Assembly: GCA_013334575.1 (NCBI GenBank)
Contig: JAAXXG010000007.1
Location: 1-56,280, forward strand
Source: Candidatus Moraniibacteriota bacterium
GTDB lineage: Bacteria; Patescibacteriota; Minisyncoccia; Moranbacterales; UBA1568
Reading direction: 5' to 3'
DNA: 56,280 nt
Below are positions 30,102 through 40,085 of this stretch, in pieces. The notes under the pieces are model-generated. The model was not told the origin of the DNA. It saw nothing but the letters and a program-made list of their open reading frames with translations, and ran no database searches. The first letter of the stretch is position 1. Each line of letters begins with the position of its first letter. A program made the translations under genes and the position numbers.

Positions 30102-31618
30102 GAAGCCGGTTTTCGCTGATCGTCTCCAGTATCCCATACTTCCGAAGAGACGGCATTCGCATTTACGGGAGCAGGCCGGACGAGAAAGGTCATTATCCTG
30201 CCACGAAAAAGAAAAATCGCGAGTCCGACATACCAGACCGCGGCCGCGACCAGTCCGAACGAGAGATGTATCATCGTAGGCCGCGCCGCCGATGCGGCGA
30301 GTCCGGCACCGAGGACGATCGGACGAAGCAGCGCGTACGCGGGAAAGGAAAGGATGGTTCCGAATGACGGAACGACCATGCCGGCAAACGCCGTCAGTGC
30401 CGAAAAGAACATCGCATACGGCACGAGCGGCAACAAGGCGACGTTCGCGAGAAATGACACCGGTGAAAACGTCCCGAAATTCGCGAAGATGACCGGGAGG
30501 ACGAACAGGTTGGCGACGATCGTCAGAAGCGCCGTCTCGACCAGGAATCCGCCGGTCCGAACCGATGCCGTCCATCGTCCGACGATCGGCGAGCACAAGG
30601 CGATACCGGCAGTCGCGGCGAACGAGAGCAGGAATCCGATATCGTGCCGCAATAGAAGCGGGTTCAAGAACAGCATCACCGAGGCGACGAACAGGATCGC
30701 CCGGACCGATGCGTACCGGCGACCGAACCACCCCGCAGCGACAAGCGTCGATGCCATCCCAAACGCACGCACCGCCGACGACGGCGCGCCCGAAACCAGG
30801 ACGAATGCCGCCGTGGAAAGTAGCGAGAAAACGGCGGCACGGGAACGGGAAAGTGCCAGCCCGACCCCGAGAAGCAGGAACCCCTCCGCGACGATCGAGA
30901 TGTTGTACCCGGAGACCGCCACGATGTGGGAAAGTCCGGCGTCACGGAACTGCGTCGTGACGGCTTCCGGAAGACGACGCCCTCCGCCGAGAAGCAGTCC
31001 GGCTGCGAGACCCGATTCCGGCTGTGGCAACGCGCGCGAAAGCGCCTCCTCGAACCTCGATGAGAACATGAACAGGGCCCGGCGTACCGGATAGCGGTTC
31101 CCGGTCCGTTCCCAGGAAACGGCGCGACACCGATAACCGATTCCGTCCTTGGCGAAATACATGCGCCACTCCGGATCCGGAGGCTCAAGCAGGCACGAGA
31201 GTCTTCCGACATCGCCGAATGCGGCGTCGGACCGGACGGAGAACGTGACCAGCGAGAGCTCCTTCGGGCAGGCGGTTCCGTCATCGCACCGGTCGAACCG
31301 GACAACCGCCTTCCGACCGGCATCGTCGTTCTCCGGATTCCGTACGACCGTCGCCGTACCCGAAACGGACACCGAGAGGCGCTCCCGATCCCATCCGGAC
31401 TCGATCCACGCCGACCGCGCGACTCCCACCGCGAACACCGACACCATAAGCGCATATGAGACGACCCGCCGACGCGGCCAAACGACAGCGGTCGCGACTG
31501 TTCCCACGACAAGCAGCAACGGAAGGAACGGGAACCACTGCGGACGGACGGAGCCGAGAAATACGCCCGGAATAAGGAACGGGACCGAACGTCTCAACAT
31601 CGACGCGACATCAGACAT
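30098..31618 (-). CDS. comEC: ComEC/Rec2 competence membrane protein
   Basis: GLSHIVAVSGYN, SAVRA, GFLLSF.AT; ATGA overlap with MBL gene. Confidence 0.92.
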   Translation of the reverse strand: MSDVASMLRRSVPFLIPGVFLGSVRPQWFPFLPLLLVVGTVATAVVWPRRRVVSYALMVSVFAVGVARSAWIESGWDRERLSVSVSGTATVVRNPENDDAGRKAVVRFDRCDDGTACPKELSLVTFSVRSDAAFGDVGRLSCLLEPPDPEWRMYFAKDGIGYRCRAVSWERTGNRYPVRRALFMFSSRFEEALSRALPQPESGLAAGLLLGGGRRLPEAVTTQFRDAGLSHIVAVSGYNISIVAEGFLLLGVGLALSRSRAAVFSLLSTAAFVLVSGAPSSAVRAFGMASTLVAAGWFGRRYASVRAILFVASVMLFLNPLLLRHDIGFLLSFAATAGIALCSPIVGRWTASVRTGGFLVETALLTIVANLFVLPVIFANFGTFSPVSFLANVALLPLVPYAMFFSALTAFAGMVVPSFGTILSFPAYALLRPIVLGAGLAASAARPTMIHLSFGLVAAAVWYVGLAIFLFRGRIMTFLVRPAPVNANAVSSEVWDTGDDQRKPAS

Positions 31619-31666
31619 ATCGTGTCATAACGAAAGAAGACCCGTATATCCGGATCTTCCGTCATC

Positions 31667-32113
31667 CTACTCGAGGGTTTCGATAGCCTTCTTGAAACTC
31701 TTCACGGATCCGAAGGATTTATAGACGCTCACGAAACGGAGATACGCCACCTCGTCGACCGACCGGAGCTTCTCGAGGACAAGATTGCCGATTTCCCGAC
31801 TCGTCACCTCGGGCTCGCGACGCGCATGCAGCTCGTATTCGATCTCTTCCAGGATCTTCTCGGTCTTCTCATCGCAACCGGGACGTTTCTCAAGCGCCCT
31901 GCGGAGCCCGGCTTCGATTTTCTTGCGGTCATACTCCTCCCGCCGGCCGTCCTTCTTCACCACCGAAACACCCATCGTCTCGGCCTCCTCGTACGTACTG
32001 AACCGGCCCGAGCACTTCTCACACTCGCGCCGACGCCGAATCGCACGCCCCTCCTTGGTCTCGCGCGAATCGATCACCTTGGTCTCATCATGGCCGCAGA
32101 ACGGACACCGCAT
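31667..32113 (-). CDS. nrdR: Transcriptional repressor NrdR
   Basis: MRCPFC, IRRRRECEKC..RFSTYE, DEVAYLRFVSVY. Confidence 0.96.
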   Translation of the reverse strand: MRCPFCGHDETKVIDSRETKEGRAIRRRRECEKCSGRFSTYEEAETMGVSVVKKDGRREEYDRKKIEAGLRRALEKRPGCDEKTEKILEEIEYELHARREPEVTSREIGNLVLEKLRSVDEVAYLRFVSVYKSFGSVKSFKKAIETLE

Positions 32114-32170
32114 ACGAAAAATACGAAAAAATCCCCTCCCGCCACCAATCTAGCACGTTTTCCGGAAAAG

Positions 32171-32202
32171 AAAAGGAAGAGGGGTCCGAAGACCCCTTTC
32201 CC
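32171..32202 (-). terminator. Intrinsic terminator after ftsZ
   Basis: GGAAAGGGGTC-TTCG-GACCCCTCTTCC-TTTT. Confidence 0.75.
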
Positions 32203-32220
32203 CCGACCGTAAGAAACGGA

Positions 32221-33483
32221 CTATTTTTTCATCTTGCGACGGATGAATGCCGGAATTTCGAGATCATCTCCCTCCTCGGCGAATTCCTTCGCTTCGGTCC
32301 GCGGCATGGCGGCCGCCGGCTGGATCTTCTCCTCGATGATCATCGCCGGTTTCTCCACCATGCGACGGGTACTTTCGAACGCGGTCCGGGAGAAGATATC
32401 GTCCTCCTCCTCGACGGCGACCGGACGCTCCGGCTCGACGACCGCACGAGAAACCGGAACCTGCTGGGGGACCTGCTGGGATGCCGCCCGGGTGACGAAT
32501 CCGACCGAGGATCGCTCCTTGACGCGTCCGGCGTCGAATCCGGTCGCGACGACCGTGATCTGGATGTCGCCCTTGTGGACCTGGTCGTCGACAACGGCCC
32601 CGAAGATGACCTTCGCGTTCGGATCGATGTTCTCGGTAATGATGTTCGCCGCCTCGTTGATCTCGAGCATTCCGAGATCGGCGGATCCGGAGATATTGAT
32701 AAGGACGCCCTTCGCGCCGTCGATCGCGAGTTCGAGAAGCGGGCTGTTGATAGCCGCGCGGGCCGCCTCCTCGGCACGGTTGTCGCCGGAGGCGATGCCG
32801 ATGCCCATGAGGGCGGAGCCGCTGTCCTGCATGATGGTGCGGACGTCGGCGAAGTCGACGTTGACGATACCGGGCTTGGTGATGAGATCGGAGATACCCT
32901 GTACGCCCTGACGGAGCACGTCATCGACGATGCGGAACGCGTTGATGAGCGAAGTCTTCTTGTCGATGATGGAGAGCAGCTTGTCGTTCGGGATCGTGAT
33001 GAGCGAATCGACGCGGTCACGCAGGTTCGCGAGCGCCTCGTCGGCGATCGCCCGCCGCTGCGCTCCTTCGAAGGTGAACGGCTTGGTGACGATGCCGATG
33101 GTGAGCGCGCCGAGCTCTTTGGCTGTCTCGGCGACGATCGGCGCGGCTCCGGACCCGGTGCCTCCGCCGAGGCCGCATGCGACGAACACCATGTCCGCGC
33201 CCTTCAGGACCTCTTGGATCTCGTCCCGGTTTTCCTCGGCCGCCTGACGACCGATCTCGGGATTCATACCGGCTCCGAGTCCCTTCGTCAGGTTCTTTCC
33301 GATATGCACCTTCTCCGGCGCCTTGGAATTGTGCAACGCCTGCGCATCGGTGTTGATGACCACGAACTCGACCCCTTTGATCTTGGAGTCGATCATGCGG
33401 GAGACCGCGTTACCTCCGGCGCCACCTACGCCGACCACTTTGATCTTCGCGAACGTTTCGATATCGGGTTTGATTTCAGCCAT
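32221..33483 (-). CDS. ftsZ: Cell division protein FtsZ
   Basis: VGVGGAGGNAV, GGGTGSG, NVDFADV, C-terminal LEIPAFIR. Confidence 0.98.
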   Translation of the reverse strand: MAEIKPDIETFAKIKVVGVGGAGGNAVSRMIDSKIKGVEFVVINTDAQALHNSKAPEKVHIGKNLTKGLGAGMNPEIGRQAAEENRDEIQEVLKGADMVFVACGLGGGTGSGAAPIVAETAKELGALTIGIVTKPFTFEGAQRRAIADEALANLRDRVDSLITIPNDKLLSIIDKKTSLINAFRIVDDVLRQGVQGISDLITKPGIVNVDFADVRTIMQDSGSALMGIGIASGDNRAEEAARAAINSPLLELAIDGAKGVLINISGSADLGMLEINEAANIITENIDPNAKVIFGAVVDDQVHKGDIQITVVATGFDAGRVKERSSVGFVTRAASQQVPQQVPVSRAVVEPERPVAVEEEDDIFSRTAFESTRRMVEKPAMIIEEKIQPAAAMPRTEAKEFAEEGDDLEIPAFIRRKMKK

Positions 33484-33613
33484 ACGGAAGGGAAACGATA
33501 AACGATGAGGGACGGATCCGAAGGCTTTTGTTTTCGAAGTCCTACTGTAGCACGCGGAAAATGCGCGTGTCAAGCAGGTTTTATGCCTGTTTGAGGCTTT
33601 TTTGGTGTTTTTT

Positions 33614-34894
33614 TCAGTCGAGCGGAAGGAACTTCTTCAGAAGATCGTGCATCCGCTTTCCGGCCGAGAGCGCCCATTCCGGAACGGCCCGCTTCGCTCC
33701 GTCCGTCAGGAATCCGATGCCGGCAACGGCCCCTCTCGAATGCCCTCGCTCGCGGGACAGCAGCACGAGACCGACTGCCGACGCGAAATCGGGCCCGTCA
33801 ACCTGATCGAGAATACCTCCGAGCGGTTTCGGATATCCGACATGCGACGGCAACCGCAGGATTTCCTTGGCAAGCTCAACCGCACCGGGAAGCAGCGATC
33901 CGCCGCCCGTCAGGACCGCCCCGGCCGGCAGAAGCCCCTCCCGTCCACACTTCGCGAGCTCCGAATTCACGAACCGCAGAAGCTCGTCCATGCGCGCCTC
34001 GATGATCTCGGCGACATGATGACGGGAGACGGATTCCGTCTCATGGGAATCGAACCGGGATAGGTCGACCTCCTCACGCTTTCCGACCGTTTCCGGAAGT
34101 GCCGTCCCGTATTGAAGCTTCACCTGTTCAGCGGTCTCGATGGAGGTCCGCAGACCGATCGCGATGTCGTTCGTCACGTGCGTACCGCCGACCGGCAGTA
34201 CGGCGAGATGGACGAGCTCACCCTCCTCGTATACGGCGACCGACGTCGTGCTTCCGCCGATATCGACAAGCGCCACGCCGAGTTCCTTCTGCTTCTGGTT
34301 CAGGACCGCCTCGCTGGCGGCAAGCGGACCGACCGCGTGAAAATCCGGACGTATCCCGACCTGGTCGAGGATTCGTCCGACACCCTTCATCTGGTTCATG
34401 CTCGTGCCGATAACGAACGCCTCGGCTTCAAGCCGGACGCCACGCATACCGACGGGATCCTTGATGTCCTTCTGGTCGTCGAGTCGGTAGCTCTTGGGGA
34501 TCACGTGAAGCACCTCGCGGTTCGAAGGTAACATGACGCGGGCCTCCACCTCGGCCATCGCCCGCTCCACGTCGTCCTCCGCGACCTCGCCGTCCGGACG
34601 ACTGACCGCGATGACACCGAGTGTCTTCTGACAGAAAATATCCGTACCGGAAACGCCGACACCGACCGTATCCGCGGTCACTCCGGACATGCGCTCGGCG
34701 TGCGATACGGCCTTAGCGACAGCCGAGGCGACAGCCGAGGCGTCGATGACGGTCCCGCGGCGGATACCTTCCGATGGCATCGTGACGGCACCGAGTACGC
34801 GAAGCGTCTCCTCCCCCGGCGCTTCCTGCGCCATGACGACGCGGACCTGTGATGATCCGATATCTATGCCGAGATAATTTTCCGTTTTCGCCAT
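33614..34894 (-). CDS. ftsA: Cell division protein FtsA
   Basis: GIDIGSS, DIGGSTT, GG.HVTNDIA, VLTGGG. Confidence 0.96.
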   Translation of the reverse strand: MAKTENYLGIDIGSSQVRVVMAQEAPGEETLRVLGAVTMPSEGIRRGTVIDASAVASAVAKAVSHAERMSGVTADTVGVGVSGTDIFCQKTLGVIAVSRPDGEVAEDDVERAMAEVEARVMLPSNREVLHVIPKSYRLDDQKDIKDPVGMRGVRLEAEAFVIGTSMNQMKGVGRILDQVGIRPDFHAVGPLAASEAVLNQKQKELGVALVDIGGSTTSVAVYEEGELVHLAVLPVGGTHVTNDIAIGLRTSIETAEQVKLQYGTALPETVGKREEVDLSRFDSHETESVSRHHVAEIIEARMDELLRFVNSELAKCGREGLLPAGAVLTGGGSLLPGAVELAKEILRLPSHVGYPKPLGGILDQVDGPDFASAVGLVLLSRERGHSRGAVAGIGFLTDGAKRAVPEWALSAGKRMHDLLKKFLPLD

Positions 34895-35136
34895 ACGGAC
34901 ACACGGAGAATCCCTTCCCCCATGAAGACTCCCTTGCTTATGGGAAATAGTATACCCCGAAACCGGGGGGAAACAAAATCATACCGGAACAAACGATTCC
35001 CATCTCGACCGATAGGTCAAAATCTTCTCCTCATACAATAAAGCGGCGCATCCTTTGACAGATGCGCCGCATTGAGCCGTTTGCTCCCCTCCTTGATTAT
35101 GGAGCTGCATTCCCCGGCGACCCCCGGGAGCCGTGA

Positions 35137-35241
35137 TCAGAGAGTGGTCAGGTAGTCGTTACCGTTCTTCGAACCTTCATGGCCGGAACGGCCGGGATAA
35201 AGGCTCTCCACTTCCTTGGTCGGTACCTGCGTATTTTCCAT
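35137..35241 (-). CDS. Small peptide (34 aa, MENTQVPTKEVESLYPGRSGHEGSKNGNDYLTTL)
   Basis: Below ORF-track cutoff; SD GAGGAGGT, promoter TTGACG-17-TATCAT, terminator at about 35036-35071. Confidence 0.5.
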   Translation of the reverse strand: MENTQVPTKEVESLYPGRSGHEGSKNGNDYLTTL

Positions 35242-35411
35242 ACGCACCTCCTCATTTGTTTCGTGAAGTCTGAACAAAGAGACAAGCTGTTAAACGAACC
35301 AGCCATCATCGAAATGATAGATCCATCGTAAAATACCGTCAAATCGAAAAACAGGATAAAAAAAATACGACCATCACCCGAGGGCGATGGCCGTTGTTGG
35401 CGAAGGTGGGG

Positions 35412-35603
35412 TCATGCCTTATTTGCCATTTTGTAACCGGAAACTTCAGGCGAATGGCAGCAGCCACCTCCGGCTGTGAAAAAAGCGGTTACCGCAGTGA
35501 TCGACTTGCCCTGTCTGTGGCCCTCGGCATCGGTGGCATCGGTCTTCCCGATTTTCCCCAGTATCCGGACGCGTACGCCCGAAGAAAGTCCCATGTTATT
35601 CAC
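35412..35603 (-). CDS. Small hypothetical protein (63 aa)
   Basis: SD AAAGGAGG, GTG start, terminator at about 35357-35394. Confidence 0.45.
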   Translation of the reverse strand: MNNMGLSSGVRVRILGKIGKTDATDAEGHRQGKSITAVTAFFTAGGGCCHSPEVSGYKMANKA

Positions 35604-35780
35604 GGTTCCTCCTTTGTCCTTCGTTTAGAAAAATAACCTCGCACGCGAGGCGGTTTATTGTAAGCAACTACATACGACTCCAGTCGCAAGGTAATGGTAT
35701 CCCCGAAACGGGGCGCCGTCAAATCGGGCTATAAAAAAAGAACGGGGCGCGCCGTTCCATCCGCCGATCCGTATGTTTTT

Positions 35781-36146
35781 CTATCGTCCCGAAAATATCG
35801 GGATGATGTGCGGCAGGAATACGACGATCCCGACAAAGACCGCGAAGACGGACGCGAGCAGGACCGCTCCCGCGGTGATATCCTTCGTCGCCTTCACCGC
35901 TTCGTGATATTGCGGACTCAGCACGTCCATGAGGTGCTCGACCGCGGTATTGAGGAGTTCGAGCGAAAGCACGACACCGATCGTCAGAAGGACGATGCCA
36001 CGCTCCGCGGACGAGAGCGGCAGAAGAAACAGAAGGACCGTCGCGGCGAGACCGAGTATGAGCTCGATACGGAAATTCCGCTCGGTCGAAGCGGCGTTCC
36101 GGATCCCGTCGGCCGCATGACGAAAGCTCTTCGCGAATGCGATCAT
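35781..36146 (-). CDS. dgkA: Diacylglycerol/undecaprenol kinase family protein
   Basis: SF.HA..GI, ERNFRI, ELLNTAVE..D, KDI.AGAVL. Confidence 0.9.
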   Translation of the reverse strand: MIAFAKSFRHAADGIRNAASTERNFRIELILGLAATVLLFLLPLSSAERGIVLLTIGVVLSLELLNTAVEHLMDVLSPQYHEAVKATKDITAGAVLLASVFAVFVGIVVFLPHIIPIFSGR

Positions 36147-36171
36147 AGGACGTTGGTGAGTCGTATATCCA

Positions 36172-36639
36172 TCATACCACGCTTTTCGCTCCCGCGACGG
36201 CGTCGGTCGCCTCGTCCTGGAGCCGGAACATCTCCTCCCCGTGATCGAATCCGAGCAGATGCAGGATCCCGTGAGAGACGACGAAGGCGAGTTCCCGTCG
36301 GAACGGGACCCCGTCTTCGGCGGCCGCACGCGATACGAACGCCGGCGAGACGACGAGATCGCCGAGAAAGACGTTCCCTTCATCGTCAGGAACGATCTCC
36401 CTGCCTTCGAACTCGGCGAACGAGAGTACGTCGGTAGAAGACTCCTTGCCACGATACGTCGCGTTGAGCGCGGCGATCTCATCGTCCGAGACGAGCGCTA
36501 TCCCGACAGACACGAGTCCGGGAGAGATGCGAAAGGACGGCGTCCCCGGAAGGGATACCGTCCTCTCGGCAACCGCACGGAAAAACGCGTCATCCGCGTC
36601 GCATTCCGCACTCCGCACGATATCGGCCTCGACGTTCAT
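36172..36639 (-). CDS. ybeY: rRNA maturation endoribonuclease YbeY
   Basis: LN..YRGK..TDVLSF, HGILHLLGFDH. Confidence 0.95.
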   Translation of the reverse strand: MNVEADIVRSAECDADDAFFRAVAERTVSLPGTPSFRISPGLVSVGIALVSDDEIAALNATYRGKESSTDVLSFAEFEGREIVPDDEGNVFLGDLVVSPAFVSRAAAEDGVPFRRELAFVVSHGILHLLGFDHGEEMFRLQDEATDAVAGAKSVV

Positions 36640-36644
36640 CGGTC

Positions 36645-37097
36645 TTACGTCAGCGATTCCTCCACGAGCCGCTTTACGGTCGCCCCGTCGGCGCGACCGG
36701 CGATCTTCTTCGAGACGGCTCCCATGAGCTTTCCGAATCCGGCCTTGTCGACAACGCCGGTCTCGGCCTTCGCCTCGTCGATGATCGACCTGATCTCCGC
36801 CTCCGGAAGATCCGCCGGCAGGAATCCCGAGACAATCCCGATTTCGGATTCCTCCTTGACGGCGAGGTCCTCGCGGCCGCCCGCGCGGTAGGTCTCCGCG
36901 CTCTCGCGGCGCTGTTTGACGAGTCGCCGCAGAACGGCGACCGCATCGGGGTCGGCCAACTCCGCGACCGGAACGCGCTTCTCGATCGCCTCGTTCTTGA
37001 GGGCGCTGCCGATCATACGGATGGTATCGCGCCGTTCGGCATCTCCCGCCTTCATGGCGTCCTTGAGTCCGGACTGTACCGATTCGTAGAGGGACAT
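36645..37097 (-). CDS. yqeY: GatB/YqeY domain protein
   Basis: LKDAMKAGD, KQRRES...Y..GGREDL, GKLMG, GRADG. Confidence 0.92.
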   Translation of the reverse strand: MSLYESVQSGLKDAMKAGDAERRDTIRMIGSALKNEAIEKRVPVAELADPDAVAVLRRLVKQRRESAETYRAGGREDLAVKEESEIGIVSGFLPADLPEAEIRSIIDEAKAETGVVDKAGFGKLMGAVSKKIAGRADGATVKRLVEESLT

Positions 37098-37108
37098 AGC
37101 GGTCACGC

Positions 37109-37363
37109 TTAGCGGTTGAGTTTCTTCTTGATATCGCGGAGCGACTCGTCGTCGAAGCGTCCGAATTTCTTCAGCCGGCTGATCTCCTTGCGGATCTTGG
37201 TCTTGTAGAGCGCTTCGTTGCGCCGCTCCGATTTGCTCTTTTCCTCGCGACGGAACCGAAGCTTGCGGGCACGCTGAAGCGTGCCGCTCTGCTGGACGCG
37301 GCGGGAAAATCGCCGGATCATGCTCTCCGGTGTCTCCTTCTCCTTCTTTCTGACCTGTATCAT
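37109..37363 (-). CDS. rpsU: 30S ribosomal protein bS21
   Basis: VRKKEKETPESMIRRFSRRVQQSG; hinT-rpsU-yqeY synteny. Confidence 0.85.
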   Translation of the reverse strand: MIQVRKKEKETPESMIRRFSRRVQQSGTLQRARKLRFRREEKSKSERRNEALYKTKIRKEISRLKKFGRFDDESLRDIKKKLNR

Positions 37364-37371
37364 GCGAACCG

Positions 37372-37382
37372 ACCTCCTTTCT
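37372..37382 (-). promoter_or_regulatory. Extended Shine-Dalgarno AGAAAGGAGGT of rpsU
   Basis: 11-nt complement of the common 16S 3-prime tail ACCUCCUUUCU, 8 nt before ATG. Confidence 0.85.
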
Positions 37383-37435
37383 TGGTGATCTGATGAATAC
37401 CCCTCCCCGTCTCGGCCCTTCCGGGCGTCTCAAGC

Positions 37436-37807
37436 TTATTCTTCCTTTTTTGTCTTATTTACCGGTCCGATACCCTCGGTAAGCCTGGCTCCGCCGATGA
37501 GGTGCAGATGGATATGCGGAATCTCCTGGCCACCGTCGCGACCGGTCCGGAACAGCAGTTTATACCCCTTCTCGGAAATATTCAAGTCCCTGGCGATATC
37601 CCGCGCCATGAGAATCATCCTACCGACCAGGTCGGCATCCGTATCCGAAAGGGCGTCGATCGACGGGATCCGCCGCTTCGGGATTATCAGGACATGCACC
37701 GGCGCGAGCGGCCGGATATCCCGGAATGCGAGCAGGTCGCCGGATTCCGCCACGATGTCTGCCGGAATCTCCCGACGGATGATCCTATCGAAGACGGTTT
37801 CCTCCAT
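37436..37807 (-). CDS. hinT: Histidine triad nucleotide-binding protein
   Basis: AFRDIRPLAPVHVLIIPK, GQEIPHIHLHLIGG. Confidence 0.93.
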   Translation of the reverse strand: MEETVFDRIIRREIPADIVAESGDLLAFRDIRPLAPVHVLIIPKRRIPSIDALSDTDADLVGRMILMARDIARDLNISEKGYKLLFRTGRDGGQEIPHIHLHLIGGARLTEGIGPVNKTKKEE

Positions 37808-37813
37808 ACGCGT

Positions 37814-39280
37814 TCACTTCTCGGAATGGGCGACCCCGGTATGACTCGGATGAGCGAGGGCCACGTTCGACTTGAGAACCTTCTTCACCGCGTCGGTCAG
37901 CTTCTCCTGGGTAACGGTCTCCTGCGTTCCCGACACCATGTCCTTCACGATAGCGGTCCCGTCGAGCGCTTCCTTCTGGCCGAGAATGACCGTCACCTCG
38001 ACGCCGAGACGGCTTGCGACGCGCATCTGCGCCTTGAGACTCCCGCGACCGAAACTCTCCGCCGCAAGGATCCCGTGCTTCTCGAGATCCGCGAACAGCC
38101 GGAGACTCTTCTTCTTCGCAAGGTCGCCGAGCTGCGCAAGAAACACGCGCGGTTTCGCGAATTCATGGGGTCGGACCTGGGTCCGCTTCATCTCGAGGAC
38201 GATCCGGTCGAGACCGAGACCGAATCCGATCGCCGGCGTCGGCTCCCCGCCGAGCTCCTGGATGAGAAGGTCGTACCGGCCTCCACCGCCCAAGGCATAC
38301 TTCTTCCCCTCGCGATCGCTCGACCAGATCTCGAACACGGTCCTCGTGTAATAATCGAGTCCGCGAACGAGACGCGGATTGATCGAATACGGGAGTTCGA
38401 GCTCGTCGAGATACTCGAGCAGCGACTTGAAATGCGCGCGGGACTCGTCGTCGAGGAAATCGAGGGCCTGCGGCGCCTGCGCCGTAAGCTGCACGCACTT
38501 GTCCTCCTTGCAATCGAGAACGCGCATCGGGTTCGTCGAGAGGCGGTCACGGCAGACCTGGCAGAGCTTGTGCTTCTGCGATTCGAGGAACCGGACGAGC
38601 GCCTTCTCGTACCGCTTGCGGGACTCCGGCGTGCCGATCGAGTTCACCTGAAACTCGATGTCGCGGAGACCGAGCTCATGGACGACCCGGTATGCCACCT
38701 GCATGACCTGTGCATCGAGGATGGGATCCGCCTCGCCGAAGACCTCGAAGTCGCCCTGCCACAGTTCGCGGTACCTGCCCTCCTGCGGACGGTCGTATCG
38801 GAATACCGGCCCCATCGAGAACAGGCGGATCGGCTTCGGAAGAACGCTCATCCCGTGCTGGATATAGGCGCGACCCATGCCGGCCGTGAATTCCGGCCGA
38901 AGCGCGACGCGGTCCCCTCCGCGGGTCTGGAACTCGTAGATCTCCTTATCGATGATATCGGTACCCTGTTTGATGGAGCGGACGAACAGATGGAGGTACT
39001 CGACCGTCGGAATATCGATGCGCTGGAACCCGTACTCCTGGGCGGCCGACGAAAGGCTCCGCCTCACGCGCTCCCAGTACGGCTGTTCGTCGGGAAGGAT
39101 GTCGCGCATGCCGCGCAGCGACTGCATAAGCAGTTCGTTCTCCGAGACGAGCGGCGCCGACACCGACTTCTTCGCGGCCTTCGGAGACGGTTTCGCAGCG
39201 GACTGTTTCGGAGAATCGGATTTCTTCTTCGCCGCCATCGTCGTCGTCTTCTTCGCGGGTACGGTCTTCTTCGGAGTCAT
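37814..39280 (-). CDS. hisS: Histidine--tRNA ligase with K/A/P-rich N-terminal extension
   Basis: RGMRD, LRPEFTA, FRYDRPQEGRYRE, LVRGLDYYT, GGGRYD. Confidence 0.97.
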   Translation of the reverse strand: MTPKKTVPAKKTTTMAAKKKSDSPKQSAAKPSPKAAKKSVSAPLVSENELLMQSLRGMRDILPDEQPYWERVRRSLSSAAQEYGFQRIDIPTVEYLHLFVRSIKQGTDIIDKEIYEFQTRGGDRVALRPEFTAGMGRAYIQHGMSVLPKPIRLFSMGPVFRYDRPQEGRYRELWQGDFEVFGEADPILDAQVMQVAYRVVHELGLRDIEFQVNSIGTPESRKRYEKALVRFLESQKHKLCQVCRDRLSTNPMRVLDCKEDKCVQLTAQAPQALDFLDDESRAHFKSLLEYLDELELPYSINPRLVRGLDYYTRTVFEIWSSDREGKKYALGGGGRYDLLIQELGGEPTPAIGFGLGLDRIVLEMKRTQVRPHEFAKPRVFLAQLGDLAKKKSLRLFADLEKHGILAAESFGRGSLKAQMRVASRLGVEVTVILGQKEALDGTAIVKDMVSGTQETVTQEKLTDAVKKVLKSNVALAHPSHTGVAHSEK

Positions 39281-39314
39281 ACGTGATCGCTTAATCGCTT
39301 ACCGGTAATCGGAA

Positions 39315-39968
39315 CTAACGGTACCATTCCGCCTTCGTGATCGGCCATGCCCGCAGAAGCACTTCCCCAATCACCAGATCCCCGTCGATCGGACCGAAGA
39401 TGCGCGAGTCGAGACTGTTCATACGGTTATCGCCGAGCACGAGATACTGATCCGGACCGAGCGTGACAGGCTTCATGTCCGTCGTCACGACGGAAGAAGC
39501 CAGATACGCGGACTCGTCGAGCGTCCATCCGTCCGGATGCGCGTCGTCCGAGATAACGACCTTCCCCCGCTCTATACGGACCGTCTCGCCGGGAAGGCCG
39601 ATGACGCGCTTGATAAGATAGAGGTCTTCCTTCTGCGGGGAACGGAAGACGATCGGTTCCTGGCGGACAAGTTTCCGGAACGGCTTCACGGAGAAGATCG
39701 GGCGATCTGTCAGGCCGACGTCCGTACGCTTGTATCCGAACTCGTTCACGACAAGGTATTCCCCGTCGTGGAAGTTCGGAACCATGCTCGATCCCTGTAC
39801 GAAAAACGGCTGGAAGAGAAAGACCCTGACTGGTATGATGATGACGGCGGCAAGCACGAAGATCCTCACCATCTCGAGGAAAAACTGCCCGGCACCGAGA
39901 TCCTCGCCGGAAACGTTCGGATCGGATTTCTTTCCGCTCCGGTCATCCTGTTTCGGGTTCGTCGTCAT
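39315..39968 (-). CDS. lepB: Signal peptidase I
   Basis: GSSMVPNF, IKRVIGLPGE, GDNRMNSLDSR. Confidence 0.95.
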   Translation of the reverse strand: MTTNPKQDDRSGKKSDPNVSGEDLGAGQFFLEMVRIFVLAAVIIIPVRVFLFQPFFVQGSSMVPNFHDGEYLVVNEFGYKRTDVGLTDRPIFSVKPFRKLVRQEPIVFRSPQKEDLYLIKRVIGLPGETVRIERGKVVISDDAHPDGWTLDESAYLASSVVTTDMKPVTLGPDQYLVLGDNRMNSLDSRIFGPIDGDLVIGEVLLRAWPITKAEWYR

Positions 39969-40085
39969 ACGCTCGGGAACCGTTCCGGGAATCCGTTTCC
40001 GGAGTTGGGATTCATACTTCAAACGAGGCTATGATATCACGTTTCCGGCCCGGAATCAAGTGTCCGAAGAAACTGGAAAAAAGGC

